Shown: positions 13,234 to 26,320 of the stretch, in pieces
How positions within the stretch are numbered: position 1 is the first letter of the stretch
Layout: each line of letters begins with the position of its first letter
Notes under the pieces: model-generated
Told to the model about the DNA's origin: nothing
Databases searched by the model: none
The model's input: the letters and a program-made list of their open reading frames with translations, nothing else
Source: Narcine bancroftii
Lineage: Eukaryota
NCBI RefSeq assembly: GCF_036971445.1
Contig: NC_091473.1
Span: 236,778,001-236,842,000 of the forward strand
Reading direction: 5' to 3'
Length of the DNA: 64,000 nucleotides
Program-made: the position numbers and the translations under genes

Positions 13234-14698
13234 CAGGGTTTCCCAAACTTTTTAGCTACGGAACTCTTTTGGGGAGCACTTGGAAACTGTGTAACCCCCA
13301 ATCGTCAATTCCAGTTGAAATGCCTGGTATAGACACAAGCATAGTAAGAAAGTAAATAAACTCACCATTCTCCACGATGAAATCACTTCTTGTCTATAAT
13401 TTACATTCAATCAATGGGATACCCCCCATCATCATAACAGTGGTGGTGGCGGGGGAGGGGGGGGTGGAATCTCTGCTCAGTCATTGGTCTGGATGTTAAC
13501 TGTCAAGAGAAGACCAGACTGTGGCTGACATCTTCTCCTCCGCCATGCCAGAATCGCCGGCCGTTGTTTAACAGGCAACGTGGATGGGAGTCTGTCCTCC
13601 CACTAATTTCTCAATGGGAGGGGCCCCTTCATCCAGTGAGGACTGGCTGCACAGACAAGCTGGCCGCTGATTGACAGGTGAGGATGGGCACAACCCTCAC
13701 TGAGGTTTGCCCACTGAAAGGCTGCGTGGGCGGTGGTTTTGTCACCCATCAGCACTGGTTGATTTGACAGGTGTTAAATCCGTGGGAGTAAGCTTTAGCA
13801 TTCTCTTGCATTTTGTTTTGACACCCCATCGCACTGCCTCTTCCTGTTTTTTTTTTAACCAAAGCTTAATAGAAGCCTGAATAACTGGTCTTCACTTTTG
13901 CCTGGGCACGTCAATGCATTCTGCACGCAATATCGAATGCCCAGACTTCAGGTTACTTTCCATCAGTGCCTCTGAAGTAATATTCCTCAATCCCTTTCTT
14001 TCCATCTGTACCAACTCAGAAGTCCTGCAGTTAAGCTCTTTTCCTTATAAAGCATTGTTTTATTCTTTATTCAGAATCTTAGTGAAGGGACATTTTGAAA
14101 GGAGACATGTTCTCTGCAACTGATTGTTGAACTTGTCAACTGGTGACATAATTAATTCCCTCAGCAATGTTAACATTCCTCTCTCAGATGCTGTCGGTTA
14201 GTTCTCTGCAGTCCATCCCACACAATCCTCAACACGAGACGAATGTCGTTCTCTTGTTCACAGATCTGATGAAGTGTCACCAACATGAAACGTTAACACT
14301 ATTTCTTTTTCCACAGTTTCAGCCTGACATCAAGCTCTTTCATGTTTCACCTTTCAGAGACTTGTGTACCACTGAGTCTTTTATGCCCATTTTCACCCAC
14401 AGAACATACATCTTAGTCAGATTTGTTATCTTCATCCAGGCTTGGACTGTACTCTTCCCACACCCTCCCCCACACCACCCCCTCCCCCCCACCATCGAGC
14501 CCATCTGCCTGCCAACATCACAATGGGGCCGTGAGCCAGTGATTGTCTGTGCGAAAGGGGAGAAGATATGTCACAATCCCCACCCCCACCCCCCCCCACC
14601 CACCATCATTCTGCCTGCTAATTGGTCCAGAACCCTGCTGATGGACCCATTGATGGACAGGCCGTGCCTGGGCGCAGAACCCAGTTTGGGAAATGCTG
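13234..14698. mobile_element. hAT (Charlie-like) non-autonomous element
   Basis: TIRs CAGGGTTTCCCAAACT / AGTTTGGGAAATGCTG; 8-bp TSD CTCTACAA/CTCTACAG. Confidence 0.85.
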
Positions 14699-15914
14699 CT
14701 CTACAGTAACTGTACCATTACTGTGTGTAGCCAGCCAGGACACTCTCAATAGAGCTCCTGTAAAAGGTTGACAGGATGGTGGCTTGTTGTTTAGCCCATT
14801 TCAGTCTTCTCAGTAAATGCAGTTGCTGTTGTGCCTTCCAGACAAGCCAGGAGATGCTGTGTTTCCACGATAGGTCACTTCTTAAGTCAACTCTAAAGAA
14901 CTTGGTGCTCTCTACTATTTCCACTATCAAGCTATTAATGTGTAATGGAGGGTGGTTGTCCATGATCTTGAAGTCCAGAATAATCTCTTTTGTCTTGCCC
15001 ACATTGAGACTCAAGTTGTTATTCTCGTACCATTTCACAAGATTGTCCACCTCTTCTCTGTAGTGTGACTCATTGTGGCTGATGAGGCCAATGACTGTCA
15101 TGTGATCTGCAAACTTGATGACTCTGTTGGAGGTGGATCTGTTATTGCAATCATGGGTCAGTAGCATGAACAGGAGCTGGTTGAGCGCACGGTCCTGAGG
15201 TGCGCCAGTGATTTGTGCAATGGTGCTCGACGTTCTACTGCTGACCCAGACAGATTGTGGTTTTTACATTAGGAAGTCCAGAATCCATTTACAGAGAAGG
15301 GTGTTGAATCCTGGTGAGGAAAATTTCTCCATTAGCCTCTGGGGAATGATTGCATTAAACACCAAGCTTAAGTTGACGAACAGCAGCCTGGCATGAGTCG
15401 ATGTTCTCCAGGTGGGTCAAGATGGAGAAACAAGGTTATAGCATCGTCAGTGGAACAGTTCCATCTGTGGGCAAATTGAAATGGATTCAGTGTCTCTGAA
15501 AGGTGTGCTTTGATGTGTTCCATCACCAAATGCTCGAAGAATTTCAATATTGTGGAGGTCATTCCCTGGGTAGTAGTCATTGAGGCATGTTACTGTCACC
15601 CTCTTTGGTAACTGGGATAATAGTGGCTGTCTTGAAACCCGTGGGGTTGATGGACTGCTGCAGTGACGTGTTGGAGATGTTTATAAGGACCTCCGTCATT
15701 TGATTTGTGCAGTCCTTCAGTTTCCGATGAGTATGTTGTTTGGTCCCGCTGCTTATTGTGGATTCACCTTGGATATGGTTCTCCTCAACTTGGCCTCGGC
15801 TACGTAGGGAGCCTGTTCATCAGGAGGTCATGGAACTTTCTTTGGAGTCAGCCTGCACTTCTTGTTGAACTGACCATAGAAGATGTTCAGTCTGTCTTTG
15901 ACTCAAAAGGTGTT

Positions 15915-16790
15915 TTTTAAAATATTTTATTTATAGAATTTACAAACAAGTCACATAAATCCAACAATACAATTAACCAATGTATTTAACAACCTTTCTG
16001 GGTGACTATAATTGTAATGGCCCCCTCCCTCCATCTCTTGGAAAAAGAGAGAAAAAAATAAGTATAAAAGTACAGTAGAAAAAGAACAGAAATAAGATCT
16101 GCCAGGCTCCTTCACCAATCTTTCAGGCCTGAAAATTACCTGACTTTCCTAGATCAGAGTGGGGTGGGGGGGGGGGTGTGTAAAGGTAGGGAAGGGGGTA
16201 AAGTTTAAAATTAATCTCTACATGTCATAGGTATGGCTGCCAAATATCCATAAATACATTGTACTTATTCCTCAGACTATGTGATTTTCTTCAGGGGGAC
16301 ACAGTTTTGTGTTTCTGCTTTCCGACGTGCCAATCCTAAATGGGAATCAGACTTCCAGGGAACTGCTATACATTTCCTGGTCACTGCCAATGTGATCTTA
16401 ACAAAATGTAATTGATGTTTGACAGCTTCATGCTAAGTCTTATGTCTAACATTTCCTAACAAGAATAATTCTGGGATCTGTGGAAAATGATTCCCAATAA
16501 TTTGTTCTAGATCATCCAGATCTATCCAGAAAGTTCTCACTTTGGGACATGACCAGGTTGAATGTAAAAAGGTTCCTATCTCACTGCTGCATCTAAAGCT
16601 TTGACCTGAAATTTCTGATTTAATTTTTTTTCAAATTCTGCTGCATGAGGTATAGCTGATGCAATTATATTGTACCAGTCTATATCTTATATTAATAGTA
16701 TTTATTGTGCTGTCTGAACACATTAGACCAGCATTGTTCTCCAATTATTATATTTAAGTCTGATTCCCATTTTTGTCTTGACTTGTGCAG
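15915..16790 (-). mobile_element. L1-like 3' fragment nested in another LINE
   Basis: Reverse complement resembles the L1-like 3' end at 8190-8730; T-rich/TTTATT left end; boundaries approximate. Confidence 0.65.
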
Positions 16791-17211
16791 CTCAACTCAC
16801 AAGGTGGTTTCGTGGTCTGTTATAGTTTTGATCCCTTGTCATAGGTACCTCATCACCGGTGTCGCACTGATGGATCTTCTGTGCATACTCACTTTGCTTT
16901 CCAGATTGAACAGGAGAGTTTGGCCCTGGCCAATCTTAGTGCCAACTTGTCTCCTGTCCTAAAGGCAGCATCACGAGTCCTGAGAAGTGCCCAGACCTCT
17001 GCATCAACCATGGTTTCTGGTTAGCCTTGGTTGTGAAGAATTTGCTCAGTGATATCCTTACTGCACTTTCTAATGTAGCCAGTCACTTGAGATCATGTAC
17101 AGTTCAATGCTCACATAATCTTTGTAGATAGCCAACTCCCTTCACCCACCACCCCTCCAGCCACAATATCTCCCTGCAAATTGGCTTTGTTTGCTATTCC
17201 AGTGGCCTGTA

Positions 17212-18381
17212 CAGTGGCGGATCTGGTGAAAATAGCACCTATGGCAAGCACTAAAATCACACTACCCTCCCCCCCCCCCCCCCCGGTTAAAACATACCTA
17301 CCTCAATCCTTCACCTTGCAACCATCCTTCACCGCTGCCATGCCACCCACTTCCCTATCTGTCCTTGCCATTGTAGAACGCTAAAATAGTCATATCCAGC
17401 GTTGTGTTGGATATATTGAGATATTGGAAAGTAATCTACACCTTAAAAAACACGACAGTCCTTTCAATTAAAAGAAAAACCTACTGCTTACTTCAAATGC
17501 CAGCTTTCACTGAATGAAAACAGTGAGCAGCATTCCCCAGGCCGTAGTGGAGCAGCCAAAGTTAAACGTGTTGAGTGGGTGTCACCGTCATTGCGGGCAC
17601 CCTCTCTAAAGGTACCTTCAATGGAAAGGTGACTCTCGGTGCCAAGCACCCGGTGGGAGAGAAGCAGGAAGATGCTTAAACTCATCCTTCAGTGTACACC
17701 CTCCTCAGCCCTGGCTCCAAAAGAGAACAGGAGAGGGTTCAAAGTTGGGCTTCAGGAGCTCCGGTGTCGACCAGGGGAGGATTCGGAGTCGGGAGCTCTG
17801 ATGACCGAAGCTCCTAACTCCAAACCCTCCCCTCAGCAGTTATAGTGAAAGTACTAATGCCAATTATTCTCTCGCTGGTCTGAAAAGTATGCTCTTTGAA
17901 ATAAATCAGACAAGGGGTGTTGGGGGAGTCAGGATTGGCGTGGGGGGTGAATATTTCCAGGCTCTGCCAGTGCGTGCGCACAACAAATTGCCAACTGTCA
18001 GCCACTTGCTTGCCGAGCTCGTCACACACACTGCATAGAACTTACTTTTTTTATATCATTGTTAAAAGTGGAGAATGTTCATTACTGGGTTTAACAGGAA
18101 GCCCACAGCAGAATGTGTGCGGGTTTCAGTGGGTGAGTGTGGGCTGCGAAGGGGATGCTGGACTGGCATCTCAAAGGCACAGACAAGACAAGGGAACTAA
18201 CACTGAGTGCCAGGGGGTGGCAACAACGACTCAACGCGTACTCCTGCTTCAAAATAGCACATATGAGCTTGTTTTTAAACTTACGAGGATTGGTAGGTGA
18301 GGTCAGTCATGCACCCCCCCCCCCCCTTCAAGTGGGGCCTAGGACACGTGCCCTGGCTGCCATACCCTAGATACACCTGTG
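17212..18381. mobile_element. Probable hAT-type non-autonomous element
   Basis: Degenerate TIRs (CAGTGGCGGATCT / AGATACACCTGTG); 8-bp flanks GGCCTGTA/GGCCTCTA. Confidence 0.55.
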
Positions 18382-19606
18382 GGCCTCTATGCTGGAGATA
18401 ACATTCAAATGGGGGAGAGGGGGAGCCTTGTATGCCCAGGGATATTGCTGTATGGCCAATAAGGGTGTTCTCTCCTCTGGTGGTGAAGTTGACATGCTGT
18501 TGAAGTATGCTAGAACTGTTTTCAGGTTGGCGTGGTTAAAAGTATGCTAGAACTGTTTTCAGGATGGCTTAGTTGAGGTTGGCTTCACAGATGGCACCAT
18601 AAAGCTCCTTCCTTGCATCACCTTCATTTGTCCATATCAACATCAACATTAAGAATACCTGGATCCATCTCCATCAAAAACATATCTGCCCTGCTGCATT
18701 TTCACTGACAAAAATTCCTTTAGTACCTCAGGTCCTGACAATTCTGTCCAATATCCCATCTTCATTTCCATATACTTCACGTTATCCAAATCTTTTCTGT
18801 TTACATAATAATTCTCACCCATCATCTTTGCATTTTCTGATTCACACTGGTTCCTGGGTTAAAGAACCTATCAATTTTAAAACCGTTGCCCTCAATTTCT
18901 TATTCTTCTCTGGTCTTTTCTCCATTGTATTGAATTTTTAAATAAAACTATGGGTTCCTCTGCTCCCCTCTCTCCCCCATTTCAGCCCACCTCTCTGCAG
19001 GCTGGTTTCTTACTGATCTGACGAAAGATCATAAATATGAATTGTTAACATACTTTTATTATCTGCACAAAGTCTGCCTTGTCCAAGAACAAGAATAGAC
19101 TCCAGAGGATTGTTAACTCGGCCTGCGACATCACAGGCGCCAGACCTCATTCCATCAAGGACATCTACATGAGGTGGTATCTTAAAAAGTTAGCTTCTGT
19201 CCCCAAAGACCCTCTTCACTCTGCTACCATCAGGGAAAAAGGTACAGGAGCCTAAAGACAAGCATTCAATGGCACAAGGACAGCTGCCATCAGATTCCTG
19301 AATGAACCAAATGCATTGCCTTACTTTTAGAGCATTTTATATAGTAATGTTGTAAGGTGCTTATAATCTGAATTGTTTGCTCTACAATGCTGCTGGAATC
19401 ACCAAATTTCATGACTTGTTCATGACATTAAATTCTGATTTGTTTCCATTTCTGTCTATCCAAGCTCTTCCTATCCATGAACCTGTCTAAATGTTTTTTA
19501 ACATTATAATTGGTCCCACCTCTACAGCATCCTCTGACAGCTTGTGCCCTACAGTATACCCATCACACTGTGTAGTACAATTATGGAAGATTTTGCTTAT
19601 TCCTAG

Positions 19607-19878
19607 TGTGGTGCACTGTTAGCCAGAATCAGAGACACACAAGGTAAAGACTGTACAACAGACTTTAATCCACAAAGACTTCCACAGAGCCAGGCTGCAG
19701 CAACTCTGAGTGAGCTTCGGGAGGCCGGCACAGGCTTATATCCCAGAGGGTGATTGACACCCAACCGGGTGGGGCTTGATCCATTCAGGCTGACTGATTG
19801 ACAGCCGGCCAGGTGTTGTCCTGTCCCCTTACACTCCTGAGGTTGCCCCCTGCAGTAGGCCGGTGATGTGCCACCACA
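19607..19878 (-). repeat. 3' LTR (272 bp) of the Gypsy element
   Basis: Homologous to 24314-25305; preceded on the minus strand by the polypurine tract AAGAAGGAGGTGAA. Confidence 0.95.
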
Positions 19879-20249
19879 TTCACCTCCTTCTTTAAAATTG
19901 TCCCAGGGGCGGGGGGCAGTAACAAGGAATTGCACCCACTATATACATAGAATATTTACAGGTTGAGAAGATCCGGCGGCTGCCAGGGTCTCTGTGACCT
20001 TCGTAGGACTGGGTCCTGGTCGGAGGGGAAGTGGGGGAGGCTGGCGGCAGGGGTCTGTGTGGCTGGTGTCATGCCGCGTGGATGGGTGACCGGGGGGGGG
20101 GGGGGGGGGGGGGGGCAGGGTCGACATATGAAGGTCGTATTGGATGGGGGATGGGTGGGGGGCAGGTTCATCTCCGAAGGCTGAAGCGGGCCCCTGGTGG
20201 TCAAGGAGGTCCTGCGTGCCCCATAGCTGCCTGGGGACGGGGATGTATA

Positions 20250-23200
20250 CCTGGTCAGCGTTGTCCTGGGCTGGAGGGTGGCGTGGTGTGGTGGGTGCTA
20301 CTGTTGGTGCCAGGTCCCTGGTTGAGACGGAGTCCTCCCTGCCACTGCTGAATCTTACGTAGGTGTAGTTGGGGTTTGGATGTAGGAGGAAGACCTGCTT
20401 GACCAGGGCTTCAGCCTTGTGTATCTGTACGTGCTTATACAGGAGCATCGGTCCTGGGAACGTGAGCCATCCTGGGAGGGACATTCCAGTCGCCGACCTC
20501 CTGGGGAATGAGAACAGATGTTCATGAGGGTCTTGTTGATAGCCGTGCACAGCAATGACCAAATGGCATGGAGCGCCTCGGGCAGGGTGTCCTGCCAGTA
20601 CTCAACGGCCCACCCTTTCGACCTGAGAGCCAGGAGGACTGCCTTCCAGATCACCCCGTTTTCGTGTTCCACTTGCCCATTGCCTCTCGGGTTATGCCCC
20701 TCGCCATCAGGTACTGGGTGCAGCTCGTCACTCATGAAACTAGACCCCCAGTTGCTGTGGATAAAGGTGGGGTACCCAAACATGGTGAAAATCTGCCCCA
20801 GGGCCCAGATGACGGTGGCCGCGGAGGTGTCCGGGCAAGGGATAGCGAAAGAGAAGCGTGAGTACTCATCCACTACCCTGAGGAAGTAGACATTTCGGTT
20901 CGTGGAAGGCAGGGACCCTTTGAAGTCCATTCCGAGACACTCGAATGGCTGAGTGGCCTTTATGACATGGGCCTGGGGCGGGCGGAAGAAGTGGGGTTTA
21001 CACTCCGCGCTGACCCGACAGGCCTCGGTCATTTCCCTGACATCCCTGATGGTGTACGGCAGGTTTCAGGACTTAATGAAATGGTGCAACCTGGTGACAC
21101 CCGGATGGCAGAGGGACTCATGCAATGCCTGCAGCCTGTCATCATGCATAGATGCTCAGGTGCGAGAGAGGGCATCAGGGGAGTCGTTAAACTTCCTGGG
21201 GCGGTACTGAATGTCGTAGCTGTAGGTTGCCAGCTTGACTCTCCAGTGCAGGATCTTGTCGTTCTTGATCTTGCTCTTGTGGGTAATGTTAAACATGAAC
21301 ACCACAGCCCGCTGTTCCGTGAGGAGGGGGATTCTCCTGCCAGTGGTGGACTGCTTCCACAATCGCCTGGGCCTCCTTTTCAATGGCGGAGTGCCCTAGC
21401 TCAGAGTCGTGGAGGGTCCTGAAGAAGAAAGTGACGGGGCGCCCCCCTTGGTTGAGGGTAGCAGGGAGGGCCACCTCGGAGGCATCATTCTCCACCTGAA
21501 AGGGGGAGTCCTCATCCACAGCCTGCATCGTGGCATCCGCGATATCTTGCCTGATGCGGATGAAGGCTGCCAGCGCCTTGGATGGGAGGGAAAAAGTTGT
21601 AGCTTGGGCCAGTGGGTGGACCTTGTCCAAGAAGTGAGGGACCCACTACGAGTAATAAGAGAACAGGCCAAGGCACCTGCAGAGGGCCTTTAGCGTGGTG
21701 GGGAGGGGTAACTCCACTAATGGGTGCATCCTTTCTGGATCTGGACCGACAACTCCATGGGTCACGATGTACCCCAGGATGGCGAGGCGTGTGGTGCTGA
21801 ACACAAACTTTTCCTTGTTGTGAATTTCAGCTCCGCAGCCATCTGGAGGAATTTTTCCAGGTAGCCTCGTGGTCCTGCTGGTCACGGCCGCAGATAGTGA
21901 CGTTATCCAGATATGGGAACATCGCCTTCAGCTTGTGCCGGTCTACTATGCAATCCATCCCCCACTGGAAGACGGAGACCCCGTTCGTGATCCCAAAGGG
22001 AGCTCGGCGGAACTGGTACTGGCACCCATCCGCCTTAAAGGCAGTGTCGGGCTTGTCTTTTGGTGATACGCCGACTTCAGGTCAATTACGGAGAAAACCC
22101 GGTAGCGGGCTATCTCGTTGACCATGTCGGCAATCCTCGGCAGGGGGTAGGCATCCAGTTGGGTGAACCAGTTAATGGTCTGGATGTAATCCACGACCAT
22201 CCTCTGCTTACTTCTTCCTTTGACCACCAGGACTTGGACTCTCCAAGGGCTGTTACTGGGCTCTATGACGCCTTCTGCCAGGAGTTGCCGCACGTCTGCC
22301 TTGATGAAGTCTCTGTCTGCAGCGCAATAGCACCTACTTCTGGCGCCGATTGGCTTGCAGCCTAGTGCAAGATGTGGGAAGAGCGCCGGTGGGGTGAAGT
22401 GCAGTGTGAAGAGGCCGCAGGTTGGCCGGGGCTGGTAGGTTGGCGTGCTGTGTAATGTGAGTGGAGGTTGGGGCCCCCCAAAGACATGGGTAACACTCTT
22501 CAGGTGGCACTGGAAATCTAGGCCCAGGAGGATTGGGGCGCAGAGTTTGGGCATGACCAGGAGCCTGAACCCTGTTTAAGTCTCCCCTCCCACAGTTATG
22601 TCAGCCGAGCAGCGCCCGAGGGTACCAACAGTCTTATCCTTGGTGGCAAGGGCAATCAAGCAGGTGGTGGGGTGGACTTTTAATCTCAGGGAATGGGCCA
22701 CGCTCGGGTGAATGAACCTCTTGGTGTTGCCATTTTCGGACAGGCACTTCATTACCTGTCCGTTGACTTGCACGTCCATCATCGAGCGCCCGAGGTCGTG
22801 AGGTATGTCCCTGGTCAGCGTGGTGGAAGCCAGGACTGTCTCGGAGTCAGAGTCGTCGCTCTTCAGCTGTGCACAGTGATTTATGGCTTCCGGAGACATG
22901 GGGAACGTCGGTAGGGTGGCCTGGTCATCGCCCGTGTTGACCACGTCGACATCGGTCGTGGGGTGCAGCATGCAGTAGCCGATGGCATCCGGAGGCGTGG
23001 AGAGCGTCAGTAGGGCAGCCTGGTCATCGCCCGTGTTGACCACGTCGACGTCGGTCACTGGGTGCGGCGTGCGGCAGCCGATGGCACCCAGAGGCTTGGG
23101 GAGTGTTGGTAGGGCAGCCTTGTCATCGCCCGTGTTGACCACGTCGTTCTCAATGTCGCCGGGGGCCCTCCGTGTCGGCTGCTGCCTGGCCCAAGATGAC

Positions 23201-24282
23201 GGCGGCACGTGGGGGTCCGCTGCATGGCTGGCCTCCTTCTCCAGCCATGTCCATTGCGCTGGGGGAAGTAACATCATCGTGGCTGGTGGCAGTGATGTCC
23301 AATACGTCAGCCGGAAATGACGTTGCTGTAGTTCTCGGAGAGTGGCGCTGGCGAGGGTGGGGGCTAGTGCAGGTGCTTGGGGCACACGCTGCGACAGTCG
23401 CTGGTGGGGCTGGATGTTGCACTGTTGAAGTCGCAATTTGTTGCGGGGACAATGGCGCCACTTGGTACACGCACATGGAGGGGTCTGCGGGGAGGTCATA
23501 GAGGGACGCTGAGCTGCCGGCTGGTTTTGAGAGGCACACTTTTGCAAAGTGTCCTTTCTTGCCGCATCGGGAACAATACTGGTTCCTAGCTGGGCAGTTT
23601 TGGCGCGATCGTCGATCTGACCCACACTAGGACCCACAGCACTTACAGGGGCGCCAGGCGCCTGCTGCAGTGATGTTCTCCTCCCCAGCTCGGTCTGCGG
23701 CTGCAGCTGCAGTGTGATAGGACCATGAGGGAGCCTGGAATCGAAGGCTTCGATGTGCAGGGCTGCCGCTTCCAGGGTTTAGACCACTTTCACAGTCTTG
23801 GTTAGGGCATAGATATTGTCTTCCAGCTGCTTCTGCCGGATGGCCCTCGAGCATAGCCCTCGGACGAAGGCGTCCCAGATCAGCCTCTCGACCTCCTCTG
23901 CACCTACCCCGGGTTCAGCCAGACACGGTTGGGCCAATTCTCGCAAGTGTCCCAGGTAAGACTCAGCTGTGTCCCTGGGTTGCTGGGTTCAGGTGTTGAG
24001 GAGGTACCTTGCACAGACCGCATTCATTGGGGGGGAGCTTGTACAAGTTCTCGAGAGTGTCCATTGCGCTCTTGTACATAGAGCAGCCTTTGGTTACCTG
24101 GAAGGTGTGGGGACCCAGCTTTGACTGGAGTAGGACCAACCATCCGATAGGAGTCCAGGATGCCGCCTTCGTGTGCCTCGATGATTGCTTCGACCGCGTG
24201 CTGCCAGATCTCGAAACGTGTCTGGGGCTTCCGGGTGGTGTGGGTTGACCTTGAGGCTCCCTGCACTCAGGAGTTTTTCCAT
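20250..24282 (-). pseudogene. Frameshifted gag-pol of the Gypsy element
   Basis: gag start MEKLL at 24282; CCHC knuckle CSRCGKKGHFAKVC ~23535-23576; degenerate protease site (CLSENGNTKRFIHP); RT (DAYPLP, DLKSAYHQ, YLDN ~21903-21914); RNase H (NDAS, EKEA); integrase (MDFKG, VDEYSRF, GNGQVE); several frameshifts and stops. Confidence 0.93.
22880..23150 (-). repeat. 99-bp (33-aa) coding tandem repeat, ~2.7 copies, between gag and protease
   Basis: DVVNTGDD(K/Q)A(A/T)L repeated three times; TAGGG anchors at 22912, 23011, 23110. Confidence 0.9.
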
Positions 24283-24313
24283 GGTAGCCGTGGGAAAACT
24301 TTGTGGATTAAAT

Positions 24314-25305
24314 TGTGGTGCGCTGTTAGCCAGAATCAGACACACACAAGGTAAAGATTGTACAACAGGCTTTAATCCACAAAGACCTCCACAGCGCCAG
24401 GCTGGCTGTAGAAATTCTGAGTGAGGCCTCGGGAGGCCAGCACAGGCTTATATCCCATAGGGTGATTGACACCCGACCGGGTGGGGCTTGATCCCTTCAG
24501 GCCGACTGATTGACAGCCAGCCAGGTGTTGTCCTGTCCCCCTGCACTCCTGCAGGTACAGAGGTTGCCCCTCTGCAGTAGGCCGGCGGTACACTCCTGCA
24601 GGTACAGAGGTTGCCCCCCTGCAGTAGGCCAGCAGTACACTCCTGCAGGTACAGAGGTTGCCCCTTTGCAGTAGGCCGGCAGTACACTCCTGCACGTACA
24701 GAGGTTGCCCCTCTGCAGTAGGCCGGTGGTACACTCCTGCAGGTACAGAGGTTGCCCCTTTGCAGTAGGCCGGCAGTACGCTCCTGCAGGTACAGAGGTT
24801 GCCCCTTTGCAGTAGGCCGGCGGTACATTCCTGCAGGTACAGAGGTTGCCCCTTTGCAGTAGGCCAGCGGTATGCTCCTGCAGGTACAGAGGTTGCCCCC
24901 CTGCAGTAGGCCGGCAGTACGCTCCTGCAGGTATAGAGGTTGCCCCTTTGCAGTAGGCCGGCAGTACACTCCTGCAGGTACAGAGGTTGCCCCCCTGCAG
25001 TAGGCCAGCAGTACACTCCTGCAGGTACAGAGGTTGCCCCTTTGCAGTAGGCCGGCAGTACACTCCTGCACGTACAGAGGTTGCCCCTCTGCAGTAGGCC
25101 GGTGGTACACTCCTGCAGGTACAGAGGTTGCCCCTTTGCAGTAGGCCGGCAGTACGCTCCTGCAGGTACAGAGGTTGCCCCTTTGCAGTAGGCCGGCGGT
25201 ACATTCCTGCAGGTACAGAGGTTGCCCCTTTGCAGTAGGCCGGCGGTACATTCCAGCAGGTACAGAGGTTGCCCCTCTGCAGTAGGCCGGCGGTGGACCA
25301 CCACA
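24314..25305 (-). repeat. 5' LTR (992 bp) with expanded U3
   Basis: Same termini as the 3' LTR. On the minus strand: TATA-like GATATAAG ~24447-24454, Inr-like CTCACTC ~24419-24425, poly(A) signal ATTAAA 24371-24376. Confidence 0.93.
24544..25295. repeat. Minisatellite, 16 x 47 bp, inside the 5' LTR U3
   Basis: Unit cactcctgcaggtacagaggttgcccctYtgcagtaggccggcRgta at an exact 47-nt period from 24544 to 25249. Confidence 0.97.
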
Positions 25306-25499
25306 CCTAGCAAATTCAGTGCTCTTCCCCCTACCAATCTGTTCGGGGACCTGTCTACATTTCGTCCCTTCCGTGATGAGGGAGCCCAGGCCGAAACCGT
25401 TGGTTATGACCCATTCTTTTTGCTGCATCACGGACACATTTGGCCTACTGAGTTGCTCCAGCCAATGTGATTTCACTGCAACCATCAAGGTGTCTGTAG

Positions 25500-26320
<821 letters not shown>

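Larger units (their letters stand above)
12330..17110 (-). mobile_element. Fragmented Rex1/Babar- or L2-like LINE interrupted by DNA transposons and an L1
   Basis: RT remnants IKFADHMTVIGLI and NNLSLNVGKTKEIILDF (14718-15167) and KFFEHLV..LNPFQFA (15368-15580); sequence resumes across the 13234-14698 insertion. Confidence 0.75.
19607..25305 (-). mobile_element. Full-length, decayed Gypsy/Ty3 LTR retrotransposon (Mag-like gag)
   Basis: TGTGG...CCACA termini, TSD CCTAG on both sides (19602-19606, 25306-25310), two LTRs, PPT at 19879-19892, gag-PR-RT-RH-IN order on the minus strand. Confidence 0.96.

Noticed and set aside
18502-18575. 38-bp tandem duplication
   Set aside because: Ordinary local slippage duplication with no associated feature
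1-19600. Exons of neighbouring genes (SLC26A8/SRPK1 lie upstream of MAPK14 in mammals)
   Set aside because: No recognisable host coding sequence; identifiable ORFs are TE remnants. Small or non-coding exons cannot be excluded by eye
20091-20115. Long G/C homopolymers here and elsewhere, translated as poly-Pro/Gly
   Set aside because: Simple repeats frequent across the window; lengths are unreliable in assemblies
24544-25295. CRISPR-like array
   Set aside because: Units are contiguous with no unique spacers, no cas genes, and the context is eukaryotic
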